A stretch of DNA of 64,000 nt from Octopus vulgaris (Eukaryota). Below, one piece after another: positions 1-12,929 of this stretch (position 1 is the stretch's first letter; every line of letters begins with the position of its first letter). A program made the position numbers and the translations under genes. The notes beneath the pieces were generated by a model. That model saw only the letters and a program-made list of their open reading frames with translations, was not told the origin of the DNA and did not search any database. The DNA lies in the NCBI GenBank assembly GCA_951406725.2, contig OX597815.1:67146001-67210000 (forward strand). Reading direction: 5' to 3'.

Positions 1-244
1 AGATGTCTTTTTCGCAATCAGTCATTCATGGTGTTCAGTACGTTAACACATTCATTACTCTTAAAAATAAGAACTCGTTTTAAATCATCCTAAACACAAG
101 CATAACATGTTTACACACAACTTCGTATTTACAGATTTTCAATCAGATTCATACATTTTAAGCAGTGCTGTAAGTATGTATTTTTAGATATATATTCTAT
201 ATCTTTTATTGTTGGAACAGGAAATTCACACATGCACTTTGTTT

Positions 245-390
245 TTTGTTTCAATTAGTTATAGTCGTTGGACGGCAGCCATGTTGGAGTACCGTCATGA
301 AAAGACTTAGTCGACTATAATGACTCACCACTACTTAATTTATTGATTTCGATTTGTCGAACCTTTGGATTACGGGTCATAAAGGGACAA
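245..390 (-). mobile_element. SINE family B, 3' fragment
   Basis: GCAGCCATGTTGGAGTACCG...TAGTCGA...CTACTTA matches the tail of the copies at 42470, 47130 and 54296. Confidence 0.55.
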
Positions 391-437
391 ATCATTAACA
401 TCATTCCTCTGCTACACTTTTAAAGAGGGTCGCTAGT

Positions 438-680
438 AAAAGAAAGAAAATATTTACATTTCCATCAAAACAACCTACTGGTTTTAATCGATTTAAAAAA
501 AAATCATTTAATCATGCTGAAAGAGAAAGGAAAACAAATTGAAATAAATTAAATTAATCTTTCTTGGTATCTGATGCCACGAAAAATTAATTTAAAGATT
601 AATTTAATGACTAAATTATTTCTAACAGGATTGAAACCAGTAGCATATTTTGATAAAAATGTAAATATTTTCTTTCTTTT
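438..680. repeat. Imperfect inverted repeat, ~75-bp arms (438-515 / 607-680)
   Basis: AAAAGAAAGAAAATATTTACATTT..ATCAAAA...CTACTGGTTT versus its reverse complement AAACCAGTAG...TTTTGAT..AAATGTAAATATTTTCTTTCTTTT. Confidence 0.8.
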
Positions 681-722
681 GTGCATGATAAAGTTCTCAA
701 GGAATTTTCTTGTTTTTGTTTC

Positions 723-785
<63 letters not shown>

Positions 786-1108
786 ATATAGATATTTATA
801 TATAATGAAGTGTAATATAAATAATATATCATATGTCACATATCCCAATTGGAGATGCATCATATCACAGACATGTGTACTTCATTTACCATACATGTAT
901 ATATACCATATATCACACATTTTCCGCGTATTAATACACCGAAATATTTATGTTTTGAAATATATACACTCACAAAAACATACATATACACCCTGAAAAC
1001 GCACACAAACACACACATGGTATGTGTACATACTGCTTGTGTGAAAAAAGTATTTTAGGATTCCTACTGGAATTGAATAATTTAATTCTTATAGTAGTTC
1101 ATGGGACA

Positions 1109-1154
<46 letters not shown>

Positions 1155-1196
1155 GTATATATATATGCATATATATATGTGTCTGTGTGTATGTAC

Positions 1197-1235
<39 letters not shown>

Positions 1236-1415
1236 TTCTACATATGCATGTGCGCATGTACGTGTATATTTATAATATTTTTTGCACTTTGATCATAACT
1301 AAAAGACTAAAAAGCAATATATATATGTATATATATATATATAATACTGCTTCTTGGTATATATAATATATATGTATATATATGTGTAATACATATATTT
1401 TCATATATATATACA

Positions 1416-1466
<51 letters not shown>

Positions 1467-1669
1467 ATGTCACATCATACCACAGCTAACAAAATGTGAA
1501 TAAAATATCGACACATTCATACAGACACACATACACAGACATATACACACACGCATGCACGCATACAGACACATACACACACGCACGCACACTTGTAGCA
1601 ATATATTTGATTAAATTCTTCGCTTTTCTTTTTTTCTGTCTTTAATTTTCCTGATTTCTTCAGTTTTCA

Positions 1670-1790
1670 ATTGTTTGTTTATTTTATTTTATTTATTCAT
1701 TTATTTAATTATTCATTTATATATTTATTCATTTATATATTCATCCATTTGTTTATCTGTTCATGTATTCATTTATTTATTCTGTGGAAT
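1670..1790 (-). promoter_or_regulatory. Cluster of AATAAA hexamers after the AOC stop (candidate polyA signals, within an ATTT/CATT repeat)
   Basis: Multiple TTTATT on the plus strand; may simply be low complexity. Confidence 0.3.
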
Positions 1791-1794
1791 GTCA

Positions 1795-2079
1795 TCACCT
1801 GTTGAATATCGTGGAACTTTTTATTGAGTTAAAAGAAAAAGTTGGAGCAACACATTTGGGAGGATCCGGCGTACCAAAGGTTTCCACGTTGAGTTTCTCG
1901 CTCTTCTTTTTAGAAGGGGTCAACCGAACTGCATTACGAGAACTAATGGACGGGTCTTCTGGGAAATAATTGAATGGCGTCAACAAAAACGAGAGTTCTG
2001 TTTCTGGTGTGGGGACGTTGGGAAGATCTTCTGATCGTGGGATGTGGTAAGTTCCTAGGGTTAACCATGTCACAAGATC
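1795..2079 (-). CDS. Copper amine oxidase, terminal coding exon (94 aa + stop)
   Basis: Acceptor TTGTTTTACAG|GAT at 2080/2079, phase 0. It reads DLVTWLTLGTYHIPRSEDLPNVPT...FLLTPFNYFPEDPS, the conserved AOC C-terminus with the third Cu-binding His (HIP), and ends ..KCVAPTFSFN..TGA. It completes the protein left unfinished by exon 1. Confidence 0.95.
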   Translation of the reverse strand, partial: DLVTWLTLGTYHIPRSEDLPNVPTPETELSFLLTPFNYFPEDPSISSRNAVRLTPSKKKSEKLNVETFGTPDPPKCVAPTFSFNSIKSSTIFNR

Positions 2080-2526
2080 CTGTAAAACAAAGAAACGATA
2101 AGAGGAATTTAGTAATTTTGAAGCAAATCAAACAATAAACGGTGTGTATATAGAGTGTATATACATTGTAGTATATACAAGGTTTGCACACAGAGAGAAA
2201 GAGAGATGACAATAGAGGTTTATATATATATATTGCTGATAGTGATATCGAATTTTCGGCTTAGTCATCCTGGTCAAACGTTCTCAGTTATGCGATTAAT
2301 TTGTTACTTAGAAGTCACAGTCAACTTATTCCTTGTAAAAATATAATATCTTTGGAACATTCTATTTAAAAGTATTAATTGCTCTTTCAAGTAATATTTA
2401 ATTTCTTTTCATATACAGTTGTACACAAAAAAATTCTAATCGCTGAGAAAGTCACTTTGATGATGTTAATTGTTCTACTGACTAAAAATCAATAGTGAAT
2501 AGTTAAATAGATGGATAGATAGATGA

Positions 2527-2597
<71 letters not shown>

Positions 2598-3924
2598 AGT
2601 AAGAGAGAGAGAGAGAGAAAAAAGAGAGAGGGAGAGAGAGAAGATAAAGTGAAGAATGAAAAAAGATGACATACTTAGATTATGAAAAATTTCCCCTAAA
2701 TGTCAAGGTCAACATTTTAATTGGCGAGAATGTCACTTTGATAATGTTAATTGTTCCACCAACTAAAAGATCAATGATGAATAATTTCTCGCTGGCTAAA
2801 TTTGAACACACAACAGGAAGGCTTCAAATAGAATTATATGAAGCATTCATCAATATATAACAAAAATGAAGATATGCGCAGCTTCATTTCACTGACAGGC
2901 GCATATTTCATGAATGTTGCCTGTTTATATCCACTCAGGCCTTGAAGATATTTGTCCAATAGTTCACAAACCCCAAAACTACAAGTAATATACTAGAAGC
3001 GAAAGGATAAATCCTGAAACAATATCTTACCTCTCTTCGTTATAGCACAAAGCACATAAACATATAATAAACATTAAAACATCGATTTAAATTAAGCCTA
3101 GGGTAGTTTATTTACACATTTCTGATTGCTTAATTCTGAAACCCATGTATAGATTGTATGGGGCTCTCTCGCATTATAATTACTAATCGAATCTTTGATT
3201 ATACTATTTCTAATATTTGAAACGATCATTAAGTGACCTATGTTAGAAAATATCATATCTGTTTTCTTTGTTTTCTTTTACTGACATCACTTTACATATT
3301 TTGCCTAACTTCTCAACAACATTGCTCAAAGGATTTTTCAATTATATATATCATTTAATCAAATACCGATTTTAAACTTGAGATCTCTGTCAACATATGG
3401 ATACATTAACGCGTAGAAACTATATGTAGACATTCTAAAGGGTTAAGATACGTATACATCTTATGAAGTATAAACTATATGCTTGCAGTAGATTATCATA
3501 GACGGACATCTTAAAGTATAGAAGCAACTCATATTTTTCCTCAGTTCTCTCTGTCTCTGTCTCTGCCTCTGTCTCTCTCTCACTTGTATGTTCCGTTTAA
3601 TTTCTTCTCAGAACTGGTGTTCTCTATTTTGGAGAATAAAGGTCATTTGTGTCCACTAATTTTATAATGCAAAATATCCATGCCAATATTCGTTAATCTC
3701 TCCAACCTAATATTCCTATTTCGTACATTTATTCAACTTCACAATTAAGATTCTATTTACATCGTATGTCCCACTTCTAAACAACAATAATGCTTAGGAG
3801 GTGAGACAGAAACCTCTATGAACCATATATTAAATTATATATATTAATGTTAGCTAAGATCCCGAAAAATTTTAAATATTACTCATTTTATTATAAAAGA
3901 AATTGCTTTTGATTATTTCCTGCA

Positions 3925-4150
3925 GGGGTTTAAACTCAGAACACAAAGAACGGGAAGAAATATTACAAGGTATTCTAGTGTGACGTTCTTATAGTTCCAC
4001 CAGTTCAACACCCTAGATTGGTACATTTTTTATCGATCCTGGAAGGATAAAAATGCAAAGATGACTTCAGTGGGATTTGAACTTCGCTTCTAAAGAGTTG
4101 GATCAAATACCGCAAGGTGCTGTTGCCGACATCGTAACGATTTAGCCATT
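3925..4150 (-). mobile_element. Two degenerate SINE family A fragments in the AOC intron
   Basis: TTTAAACTCAGAAC / TTTGAACT box-B-like motifs and an ATCGATCC..AAGGATAAAA core. Confidence 0.55.
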
Positions 4151-4675
4151 TCAAACATATAAGAAGATAAAGGTGTGAAATGTATCTTTATGCAGTAAAT
4201 TGTTAATGTTACATTTAACTTCCTCAAGATGCAAAGCAGAAATATTGCGGAGTTTCAAATAACAATGTAAAATACTGCACAGAAGAATAAGAAACCAGCA
4301 CCAAACCAGCTTCTGATTTTAATCTACGCACAAGGTAGTTTGAGCAAGCTATTGCGACATTTCAGTTATTTCAGTTATAAGGTTTCTATTAAGTTGAATT
4401 TAATTTTTATCACATGCAGGTAAGTTTTATCATAATGCTGTACGTTGCTTGGTTGGTTTATATTGGTGTTATATAAAAACGTCAATATAAGCAGTTGGAG
4501 GGTTTTGTTATTTTGAAATTAGTATAATCTATGGTGGAAGAACTGAAGATGAGTTAGTTGCTGATGTGTTTGCTTTTGTTTATGTAGAAAATGGCTGTTG
4601 GGACAAAGTATTTGATTTCTCTGAGAAAAAGGTCAATAATATTGATTAATTTGAGTTAATATATTATATAGAAGG

Positions 4676-4677
<2 letters not shown>

Positions 4678-4765
<88 letters not shown>

Positions 4766-4786
4766 GTGTGTCTGTGTGTCTGTGTG

Positions 4787-4874
<88 letters not shown>

Positions 4875-4931
4875 GCTGTCTGTCTGTCTGTTTGTCTGTC
4901 TGTGTGTCTGTGTGTCTGTGTGTCTGTCTAC

Positions 4932-4995
<64 letters not shown>

Positions 4996-5005
4996 TTATC
5001 TATCT
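4678..5005. repeat. (TATC)n/(TGTC)n compound microsatellite
   Basis: Read directly. Confidence 0.95.
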
Positions 5006-5584
5006 ATGCTTAAATACATGCATTCGTACCTACATTCATCTATCTATTCATTCTTTTATTCATTCATTCATCTATTAATACATATGTGCATGTATATATG
5101 CATTAATACATATATACATACATCCATTATCGTACTTCTATTACTCAGGCGCATGACCCACTCCCCTCCGCTCTTGGAACAACTTAATATAAACACAGTT
5201 AAACACACACACACACCTACACACACAAACACACACCTAAATACACAAACTCACACCTAAACACACACACACACACACAACTAAACACACACACACACAC
5301 ACACACACTTAAATACATATATACTCAAATCTAAATGCACATGCACACACACATTCACACACAAGCATATCAACGTACTTATTTTTGTTTACTGAATTCT
5401 ATATTGTTCATCTTCTTGGAGAAGTCAGATGTAATGCTAGTTTCTGGTTTTGTTGAATGTGTTTCATCTCCATGTTCAGCTCCTTACTCCCCAATAGTGG
5501 GACCGCCAAAGTGAACAGGGAGGAGTGGTGATGGAGGAGGAGGAGGCAAATAGTGATGTCTTTCATTCTTGAAGGGTTATTGAA

Positions 5585-5637
5585 AACTCCTCTTGAAAGT
5601 GGTTTTCAGTTGGTCTTTGAACTGCTTCTTTGGTCTC
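5585..5637 (-). mobile_element. Small RTE-clade LINE remnant
   Basis: Translates RPKKQFKDQLKTTFKR, resembling the RTE C-terminal motif GRPxxRxKDxLK. Confidence 0.4.
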
Positions 5638-5975
5638 AACACACACACACATACAGACACACACTGATGCGCATGCACACACATACACACATGCACACAA
5701 GCATACATACGCATATTCATGCTCATACACACACTCATAGAACAAGTGTAAACCAATACTCACATAACTGGGAGAGGGAGAGAGAGAGAGAGAAGACAAG
5801 AGGGAGTGTGTGCGAGAAAAATAGGGGTGAAAGTGAGCCATACACACACACTCTTGCTGTACTCTCATATATTGTTACACTATCTTAACCTCATGATTTT
5901 ATTGCTTGATTAATGATAATGTTTGATAAATGTTAATTAGGGAGGTGAAAGTATTAATTAATTTTAATATCTTAC

Positions 5976-8066
5976 CATGTCAACAATGTCGTCATCGTCC
6001 TCCAAGAAATCGGAAAATTTGACTGCCGGGTTCTTGGTTCCAAACAATGCTGTGATCGAGCTACTTTTCTCTTCTCTGTCTTTAAACTGAGTTACTGCCA
6101 TCTGATAACGTGACCACGATATCGAACTTTCCATGTGGAAATTCTCTGGCAATAGTTGTTTTACCATTCCTCTATTGTGTATTCGATAGCCTCTGGGTAC
6201 ACCGTGATAATTAGTCTTATCATTATTTAAAATAGTGTGATATTTCGGCGTATTGAAATTGTATTTGTGGATAGCTTCCTTCTCTGTTCGTTTCAATTTC
6301 CGGTCAAGCCAGTACTGGTGGAATTCTTCGTAGCTGTTTCTCCAAATATTGCTTTTATTTTCAACTTTTACATCCCAAGTTTCGTATCTGTTTTTCTCTC
6401 CTAAAATGTCCAAGTCCACCTTGAAATGGAAAAGATGTGCATGTATGCTTGCGACAATGTTTTCATCGACAGGTACAGCATAAGGTCTCTCAGCTTCGGA
6501 AAAAGTTGTCGTATAGACGAATCCCGTAGAGTAGATTTTAACTTCCAAGGCGCCGTTTTGGTAGAATATGTAGTCAAATATATAGTCGTAATTGTAGACA
6601 ACTGAAATAGTTCTAACAATAAGAACGTTGTTAACCAATCCGGAATAGAACACTCCTCCTCGGATGTTGTTAGAATGGTGTCGTCGGAACGGTGCATCTT
6701 TGTTGAATTCAAAAATACAAATTGCATTTTGGTAAACTTTTGCTTGGTCAAATTCTTCGGTAGCATGCGTTGCATTTAAGAAAGTCGCATGATGAGGACA
6801 GTCGATTCCAGGAACGAGTCCGAAGCCTTTTCCTGGTAGATCAACTGTATCGGCAACGTGCATATATTTCATGAAAGGGTTAAAGCCACTGTAAAGCACC
6901 GCCATTTCTTGAAGACTCATTTCATACACGATTCTATCGTTACCAAATCTGATATCAAAGAGCTGAAGACCCTGAATTGCCGAAACACGATAGTCAAACG
7001 ACCATTTCATATATATCACTTTATTACCCACAATTTTATATCTTTTACTTGAGGTTTCGAATTGTTGTGGTCCAGAAGATGGCTTATTGGGGAATAGTTT
7101 ACCCCTGGAATGAAGATAACCTCGAGTACTTTCACGTAGTTTTTTTGTGTTCACTCTCTTTCGAGGAAAACTATTCTGTTTGTAAGTTTTTAGAAAGTGT
7201 TCTGTAGAATTATAAAGGATGCCCGAGTGCCAGATTTGCTCAATTTTCCAATCTTTGATATTTTTATGATTAATATTAATTAGCAGTTGAAAGTCAATTG
7301 GATGAAGAGTGGGAAATTCCAAGTTATAAAACAACGGAATCCAAAGTTTTCGTTCGCGGACAAACGATGTAGAAACAGGAGCGGCTGTGAAAGTTAAACA
7401 GAGTTCTTCACATTCGTGAGGTGACAATTGTGCACCATATATATCCTGTAGTACCTTGTTGAGACTTGACATGGTTTCTGGAAGGACTTCGTACATAAGC
7501 GCCACAATTTCGGGGTTATTGTACGGCCTAATTCTAAACGGCAAAGGGTTTTGCTTTGCAGTTTTATTATTTAAGTAATGATATTTTGGTTTCGGTAATG
7601 GCCCAACGATATATTCTTCTACCATTGGTAATCTTCCTTGGCCTTTCATTATGATAACTTTGGCTTGTCTTGGTGGCTCGGGGCCGACGTGATCAAGAAA
7701 CCGGAGAACTTTTAATTTTTTAGGTGTTTGTGATTCCATCAAAAATATATAATTATCTGTAACTTTCGCTTTCGAGGGATGGACTAAATTTAAAGATTTC
7801 TGGCTAAAAAGGTATTTTTGAACAGCTTCGATCTCCTCGACGTTCAAAGAATCGAATATTCTGTGCTTTCTGTAGCGCAGTTCAAACATATTCGGCCCTA
7901 CATCGTCAACCGGTGACTGTTTCTTATTGCAGTGTAGCGCTTCTAGGCTGTCCTCTTCACCACTGTAGTCACCGATAGCTAGCAGAGTCAGAATACCTGT
8001 TAATAAAGAGATGTTTACAAGAACTGACAGAACAAAAAGCCCTTTCACAGTATTAATGTCGGCCAT
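5976..8066 (-). CDS. Copper/TPQ amine oxidase (AOC1/AOC3 family), coding exon 1 (697 codons)
   Basis: The 700-aa ORF has the TPQ consensus SVVYNYDY, the Cu ligands HAHLFHF, and the catalytic Asp region EMSLQE..YSG..HVAD..GIDCP. It also has WSF..R....GLQLFDIRF...RIVYE and RGYRI, plus a hydrophobic N-terminal segment (LFVLSVLVNISLLTGILTLLAIG). An in-frame TAG at 8216-8214 lies upstream of ATG 8066. The canonical donor ATG|GTAAG is at 5976/5975. Confidence 0.96.
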
Positions 8067-8075
8067 TATTAATAT

Positions 8076-8113
<38 letters not shown>

Positions 8114-8262
8114 CTTCTTCTTCTTCTTCTTCTTCTTCTTCTTCTTCTTCTTCTTCTTCTTCTTCTTCTTCTTCTTCTTCTTCTTCTTCTTCTTCTTCTT
8201 CTTCTTCTTCTATCTAATTTTGTTGTTCTTTGTAGTTATTGCTGTAAAAAAAGAAAATCAAG
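8067..8262 (-). promoter_or_regulatory. Probable 5'UTR part of the first coding exon, with upstream splice acceptor and (GAA)n(CAA)n tract
   Basis: Strong acceptor TGATTTTCTTTTTTTACAG| at 8243/8242. It is followed by about 33 GAA and 12 CAA units that end about 10 nt before the ATG. Confidence 0.55.
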
Positions 8263-8337
8263 TGAGCTGGACAAAGAAAGAGAAAAGATGAAGGGAAAGA
8301 GAGACAGAGAAAGAAAAAGTGACGGAAAGAGAGAGAT

Positions 8338-8368
<31 letters not shown>

Positions 8369-8385
8369 AAGAAAGATAGATAGAT

Positions 8386-8455
<70 letters not shown>

Positions 8456-8841
8456 AAAGTGAGTGAAGGAAATACAAATAATTAATTTTCTTCGGTTTAT
8501 GAGAACAGCAATGAAGAAATATGCGTTGGAAAAAGGAAAATTAAACGAAAATAAAAACAACACAGAAACACAACACCAAAGAAAAATAAAACAACAACAG
8601 CGATGACCAATGATAATAAGCAGAAGATACTATCACCATCACCGCCACGACCACCACAACCACAGCGACGACGACGACAACGACGACGACCTCATCTCTT
8701 CTAACAGAATTTTAACTCAGAATATAAAAGAACATAACTAATCGTTTCTTAAAACCTACTGCTTCAAAGTAATGATGATTAATGATGACGATGATGATGA
8801 TAATGACGATGACGACGACGACGACGACGGCGACAATACTT

Positions 8842-9272
8842 TCAACTATAGGCACAAGGCCAGAAATTTGGGGGAATAGTCGATTACATCGACTCCAGTA
8901 TTCAACTGGTACTTTTATCGACCCCGAAAGGATGAAAGGCAAAGTCGACCCTGGTGGAATTTGAACTCAGAACGTAAAAGTCGAGAGAAATACCACTGAG
9001 CATTTTTTCCGGCTAATGATTTGATTCTGCCAGCTCGCTGCTTTAATAGTAATACCAATAATAATAATAACAATAATAATCCTTTCAATTATAGGCACAA
9101 GGCCTGAAATTTGCGTTAGGGGATAGTCGATTACATCGACCCCAGTGCGAAACTGGTACTCATTTTATAGACTCCAGAATAATGAAAGGCAAAGTTGACT
9201 TCGGCGGAATTTGAACTCAGAACGTAAGGATGGACGAATTGCTGCTATGTATTTTGCCTGGCGTGCTACCGA
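8842..9272 (-). mobile_element. Two tandem SINE family A copies (8842-9043, 9081-9272) in (AAT)n/(GAC)n
   Basis: Each has AGGCACAAGGCC tail, GTCGATTACATCGAC..CAGT..AACTGGTAC, GATGAAAGGCAAAGTCGAC and GGAATTTGAACTCAGAACGTAA (reverse of a tRNA-type box B). Confidence 0.85.
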
Positions 9273-9899
9273 TTAAAATTAATAATAATAATAATCATAA
9301 CGACGCCGATGACGATGATGTTGATGAAGATGATCTGGAGGTGAGCATGATTTCGTTAATACACTGATGTAAAAGGTATCCATGAACAGCGATGAAGAAA
9401 ATGAGAATCAACTGAGGAAAATACTGTGGTGTAAACCAACGTATGATGTAATGCATTAACCTATTTTCTGAATTTTAATACTGTTTAATGTCTAATGTAA
9501 GATGTTCTATTGTTAACGTTCGCTTTAATCGTCGAATGGCCATCACATGCAAACACGCTAAGGGAGCAGAGTTTAAGTAAATACCAGACAAATTCAGCTG
9601 AAAATATAACTTGACAAACAATGCAAATAGAAACCTCATAATTCTTTGAATGTGATGTTATATAAAATGTACGAAAATTGTTGCATGCAAATGCCAAATA
9701 ACTTGAAGCGATTAAATCTGCGGTCCCCGATAGAAATGTTGGCAATTTAAATATAATTTATCTCGGTTTGCAAATAATACAGAAATGAAATAAACGATTC
9801 TGAAGAAATATGTTTTTATTCCTCATGCGTACACTTCTGGTCAAATGCCTGAATACAATGATAAAATAAAAGATTATCTAGTGTAAAATTTTGTATTTG

Positions 9900-10170
9900 A
9901 TTTTAGTCCATTCCTTGAAAAAGGAAATCACAGGTACTGATATAGTTTTTGTTATAATTCCCGTTCCGTTTGTCGTTCAACAAACCCAAGGTACAATAGA
10001 TCCCATGTATACTTGTGCAACCTTTGCAAGAGTTTAGCAATGCCCAACCCTTATGATATAGGGGAGTTTTTACAAATAGAATAGCTGATTTCATCGATGC
10101 TATCTCAAGGGAGAACTCTAAATTCTACTTGAATATTCTGAAGAACTTGCTTAGTCATTTGACCATCCAT
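9900..10170 (-). mobile_element. Possible very old L1-like ORF2 remnant
   Basis: A stop-riddled frame reads ..VLQNIQVEFRVLP*DSIDEISYSICKNSPIS*GLGIAKL.., reminiscent of the L1 post-RT 'FLW...C.PK..GGLGI' motif. Confidence 0.3.
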
Positions 10171-11366
10171 AATTACACTATAATGTATTCGGCCAGTAAC
10201 ATGTGTACAAGAGTGGATTAGAGCAGATAAAATGACTTTGTTGGGTATAAAATCAGAATCATCTCCTGTAGGAACACTTCAGAAAATAAGTGGGGTATTA
10301 TGAAAACTAAAATGTTAATATATATAATTCTGCATGAATTTTAGATTTAAAAGGAAAGATACTGAAGACATGGAGAAGAAAGATAATCCCAGATTACTGT
10401 AAAAAATTTGGCTGATCATACTGATGCTGCGAGATAATTCTTTATCAATTTCGGATTTAGAAGGGAAGATACTGAAAGTATTGCCACGGAAGATAATCTC
10501 AAATCACTGCAACAATTTGGTTAAAAAATCGCTGGCCATATTGATGCATTGTTAGAGATAAAGAGATACACACCAAGTAGAGCAATATAATATTAATGTT
10601 TGAACTTTTGTAAAGCGTTCTTAGTTTATCGGCTTATCTTACTACAAAACATATTCCATATTTTTCATCTGCAACACCAATTATAGTATAAAACGTTATA
10701 TTTGTCAGTGTATTCATATTATTTTTGAGCAGGGCTACAAATACTATATCTACAATCTACTTCAAAGTAAGACTATTACTATATACATAGAGAAATGGTG
10801 ATCACGAAGTAACCTTCGATCTCAGCAGGATCGGCTAATTGAAGGAGATACAAAAAGAAACAAAAACAAAAAGAACAGTATCAGGTACAGAAATGTAGAA
10901 TCTTACAGATGGATTGTACAGTGGAATCCAAGCGACCACACAAATAAAATATATAAATATACAAACGGAAAAGTACATTAAATGTACAAACATACATGTG
11001 ATAGACCTGACACAAACAATAAATACATAAAACAAGCGTATATATGAACTACAAAATCAAACTTCAGCATATTTTGAGAATATTGATTACTAAGCATTGA
11101 AAACGTTGAATCAGAAATATACTAACGAAAATATGAACACAATTGGATGTAAGAATGACTTAAGGGTAGAAACATTTAAATTTGGAAATTTCGAGTATAA
11201 GAATAATGGAAAAGTAGAGAAAGTTAAAGAATAAAGATCGATAGATCTGTTTATGGACCAACGAAAGAAACCTTCCCTAAGTTAAAAACTTAACAATAAA
11301 ATATCAACAACGGTATTATTAAAATGCATACTGGGGCATCATCAAATATACAAATACCAATAATGG

Positions 11367-11510
11367 TTTCTGATTTAGGTACAAGGTGAGCAATTTTGAA
11401 GAGAGAAGGTAAGTCAATATCATCGACCCCAGTATTTGACTGGTACTTATTTTATCAACTTCGAAAGGATGAGAGGCAAATTTGACTTCGGCGAGAATTG
11501 AACTCAGAAA
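11367..11510 (-). mobile_element. SINE family A fragment
   Basis: CATCGACCCCAGTATTTGACTGGTACTTATTTTATC...GAATTGAACTCAGAA. Confidence 0.75.
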
Positions 11511-11734
11511 TATAAATATCAATATTAACATAATAACGCAACTAATCCATGGGATCACAAAGATGAAAACTAGAATCCTCTCCAAGAAAAATCAGCGTGA
11601 GTCAAAAACAAACAAAATAGTTCTATAAAAATATAACGTAGCTAGCGTACGTCTTTAACAAAACCAAGGTTATATCTCAATAACTGATCTTTCTTTTCGA
11701 ATCAGAGACTGATTAATACCCCAACGAGTACTAA

Positions 11735-11865
11735 CCATCTAAAAAACTCTGGTGAGGTCCCCAATAGAAAACTGCTGCTGCAGTTGGGACGGTGCTGCTG
11801 CTTGCACACACATAAATGTATCAGATCACTCTCTGGCCTACATAGTGCTATCTTGTCTATCTTTT

Positions 11866-11952
<87 letters not shown>

Positions 11953-12240
11953 TAATGGCCTCTGTTCAGAGTTGGCTGGTTTAATGTCATTTCGAGTTTG
12001 TCACTCCCGAGTCACTCGTCTCTTCTCTCCCCACATAATGCCCCCTTTACAGACAGCTCTAACCACTATGCCCAGTTTATCTTCCCCAAAACGTCAGCGT
12101 TCTGGAACTCCCTCCCTGTACATATCTTTCGAGCAGTCGTCGATCCGCAACTTTTTAAATACAACGTTAACCACCCTAGTCTCACTGTTCTGGGAGAGTC
12201 GTTGACGGCCATATATACAGTTCTTTCATCTTGACATAAC
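11735..12240 (+). mobile_element. CR1/Jockey-group LINE 3' fragment interrupted by (CTA)n
   Basis: KTLVRSPIENCCCSWDGAA (cf. Y...VRP.LEYC..W.GA) and YAQFIFPKTSAFWNSLPVHIF...QLFKYNVN (cf. SFFPRT..LWNSLP). Confidence 0.7.
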
Positions 12241-12269
12241 TTATTTAAACTTAGGACTTATGTCTTTTG

Positions 12270-12545
12270 TGATCCATAGGAGTCATAAAGTCGAAGCTTA
12301 TCACAGTTTCCATGGCATGTAAGTGACTGAGATCATAATAGTCCCTACCTCAATGATCGGGACGCCGATCCGTTGCAGGGCTGACTTCCCAGCTATTGCT
12401 GGAAATCATTTACAGCTAAGTGGACTGGAACAATGTAAAATGAAGTGTTTTGCTCAAGAACACAAAGCAATAGCTGATCAGGGAATCGAAACCATGATTA
12501 TACGATCATGAGTGCAATACTCTAACCACTAGGTCACGAGACTTC
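12270..12545 (-). mobile_element. tRNA-derived SINE (family C)
   Basis: TGAAGTGTTTTGCTCAAGAACACAA...GGAATCGAAACC...CTAACCACTAGG, the reverse of an A/B-box head. The same head occurs at 20380-20475. Confidence 0.75.
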
Positions 12546-12929
12546 ACATAGATATAACTAATGGGTGGGGTGGGGGAAGCTTATAGCTACAATATTCTGA
12601 AGTGGAAGATAGAAATAAGGAGAAGTGATGATGGCATTTAGAATATAGTACCCGAAAGTCGATGCAGAAGGACTATATTTATCACGAACATTAAACCTTA
12701 GGGATCTTCTGTAACTAGAAACTATTATTAAATACAAAGTGAAAAAATAAATAAAGGTAAACTAATACAAGTAACTATAAAATATAAGCAAAACAAACTG
12801 TTTCCGTGTTCAAGAGAAAACAATTATATACAAAAACAGAAAACATGGTTTAGGATAACAAACTGCTACGAGGAGGAAGGAGAAACAAAAACAAATATAT
12901 ATATATAAAAAGAAACGAAACTGAAAATG

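Larger units (their letters stand above)
2080..5975 (-). other. GT-AG intron (3.9 kb) of the amine oxidase gene
   Basis: GTAAG donor and polypyrimidine-ACAG acceptor join the two exons in frame. Confidence 0.92.

Noticed and set aside
5964-5975. ORF-track C-terminus 'VRY*' of the 700-aa ORF
   Set aside because: This is intron read-through past the GTAAG donor; the true C-terminus is in exon 1795-2079.
6401-7207. Alternative-frame and antisense ORFs inside the AOC exon
   Set aside because: Shadow ORFs of a real coding sequence, with no independent support.
9960-10030. LHKYTWDLLYLG, resembling the GT25 glycosyltransferase WDLxYLG motif
   Set aside because: The frame has several stops and no other GT motifs; context fits a decayed LINE or chance.
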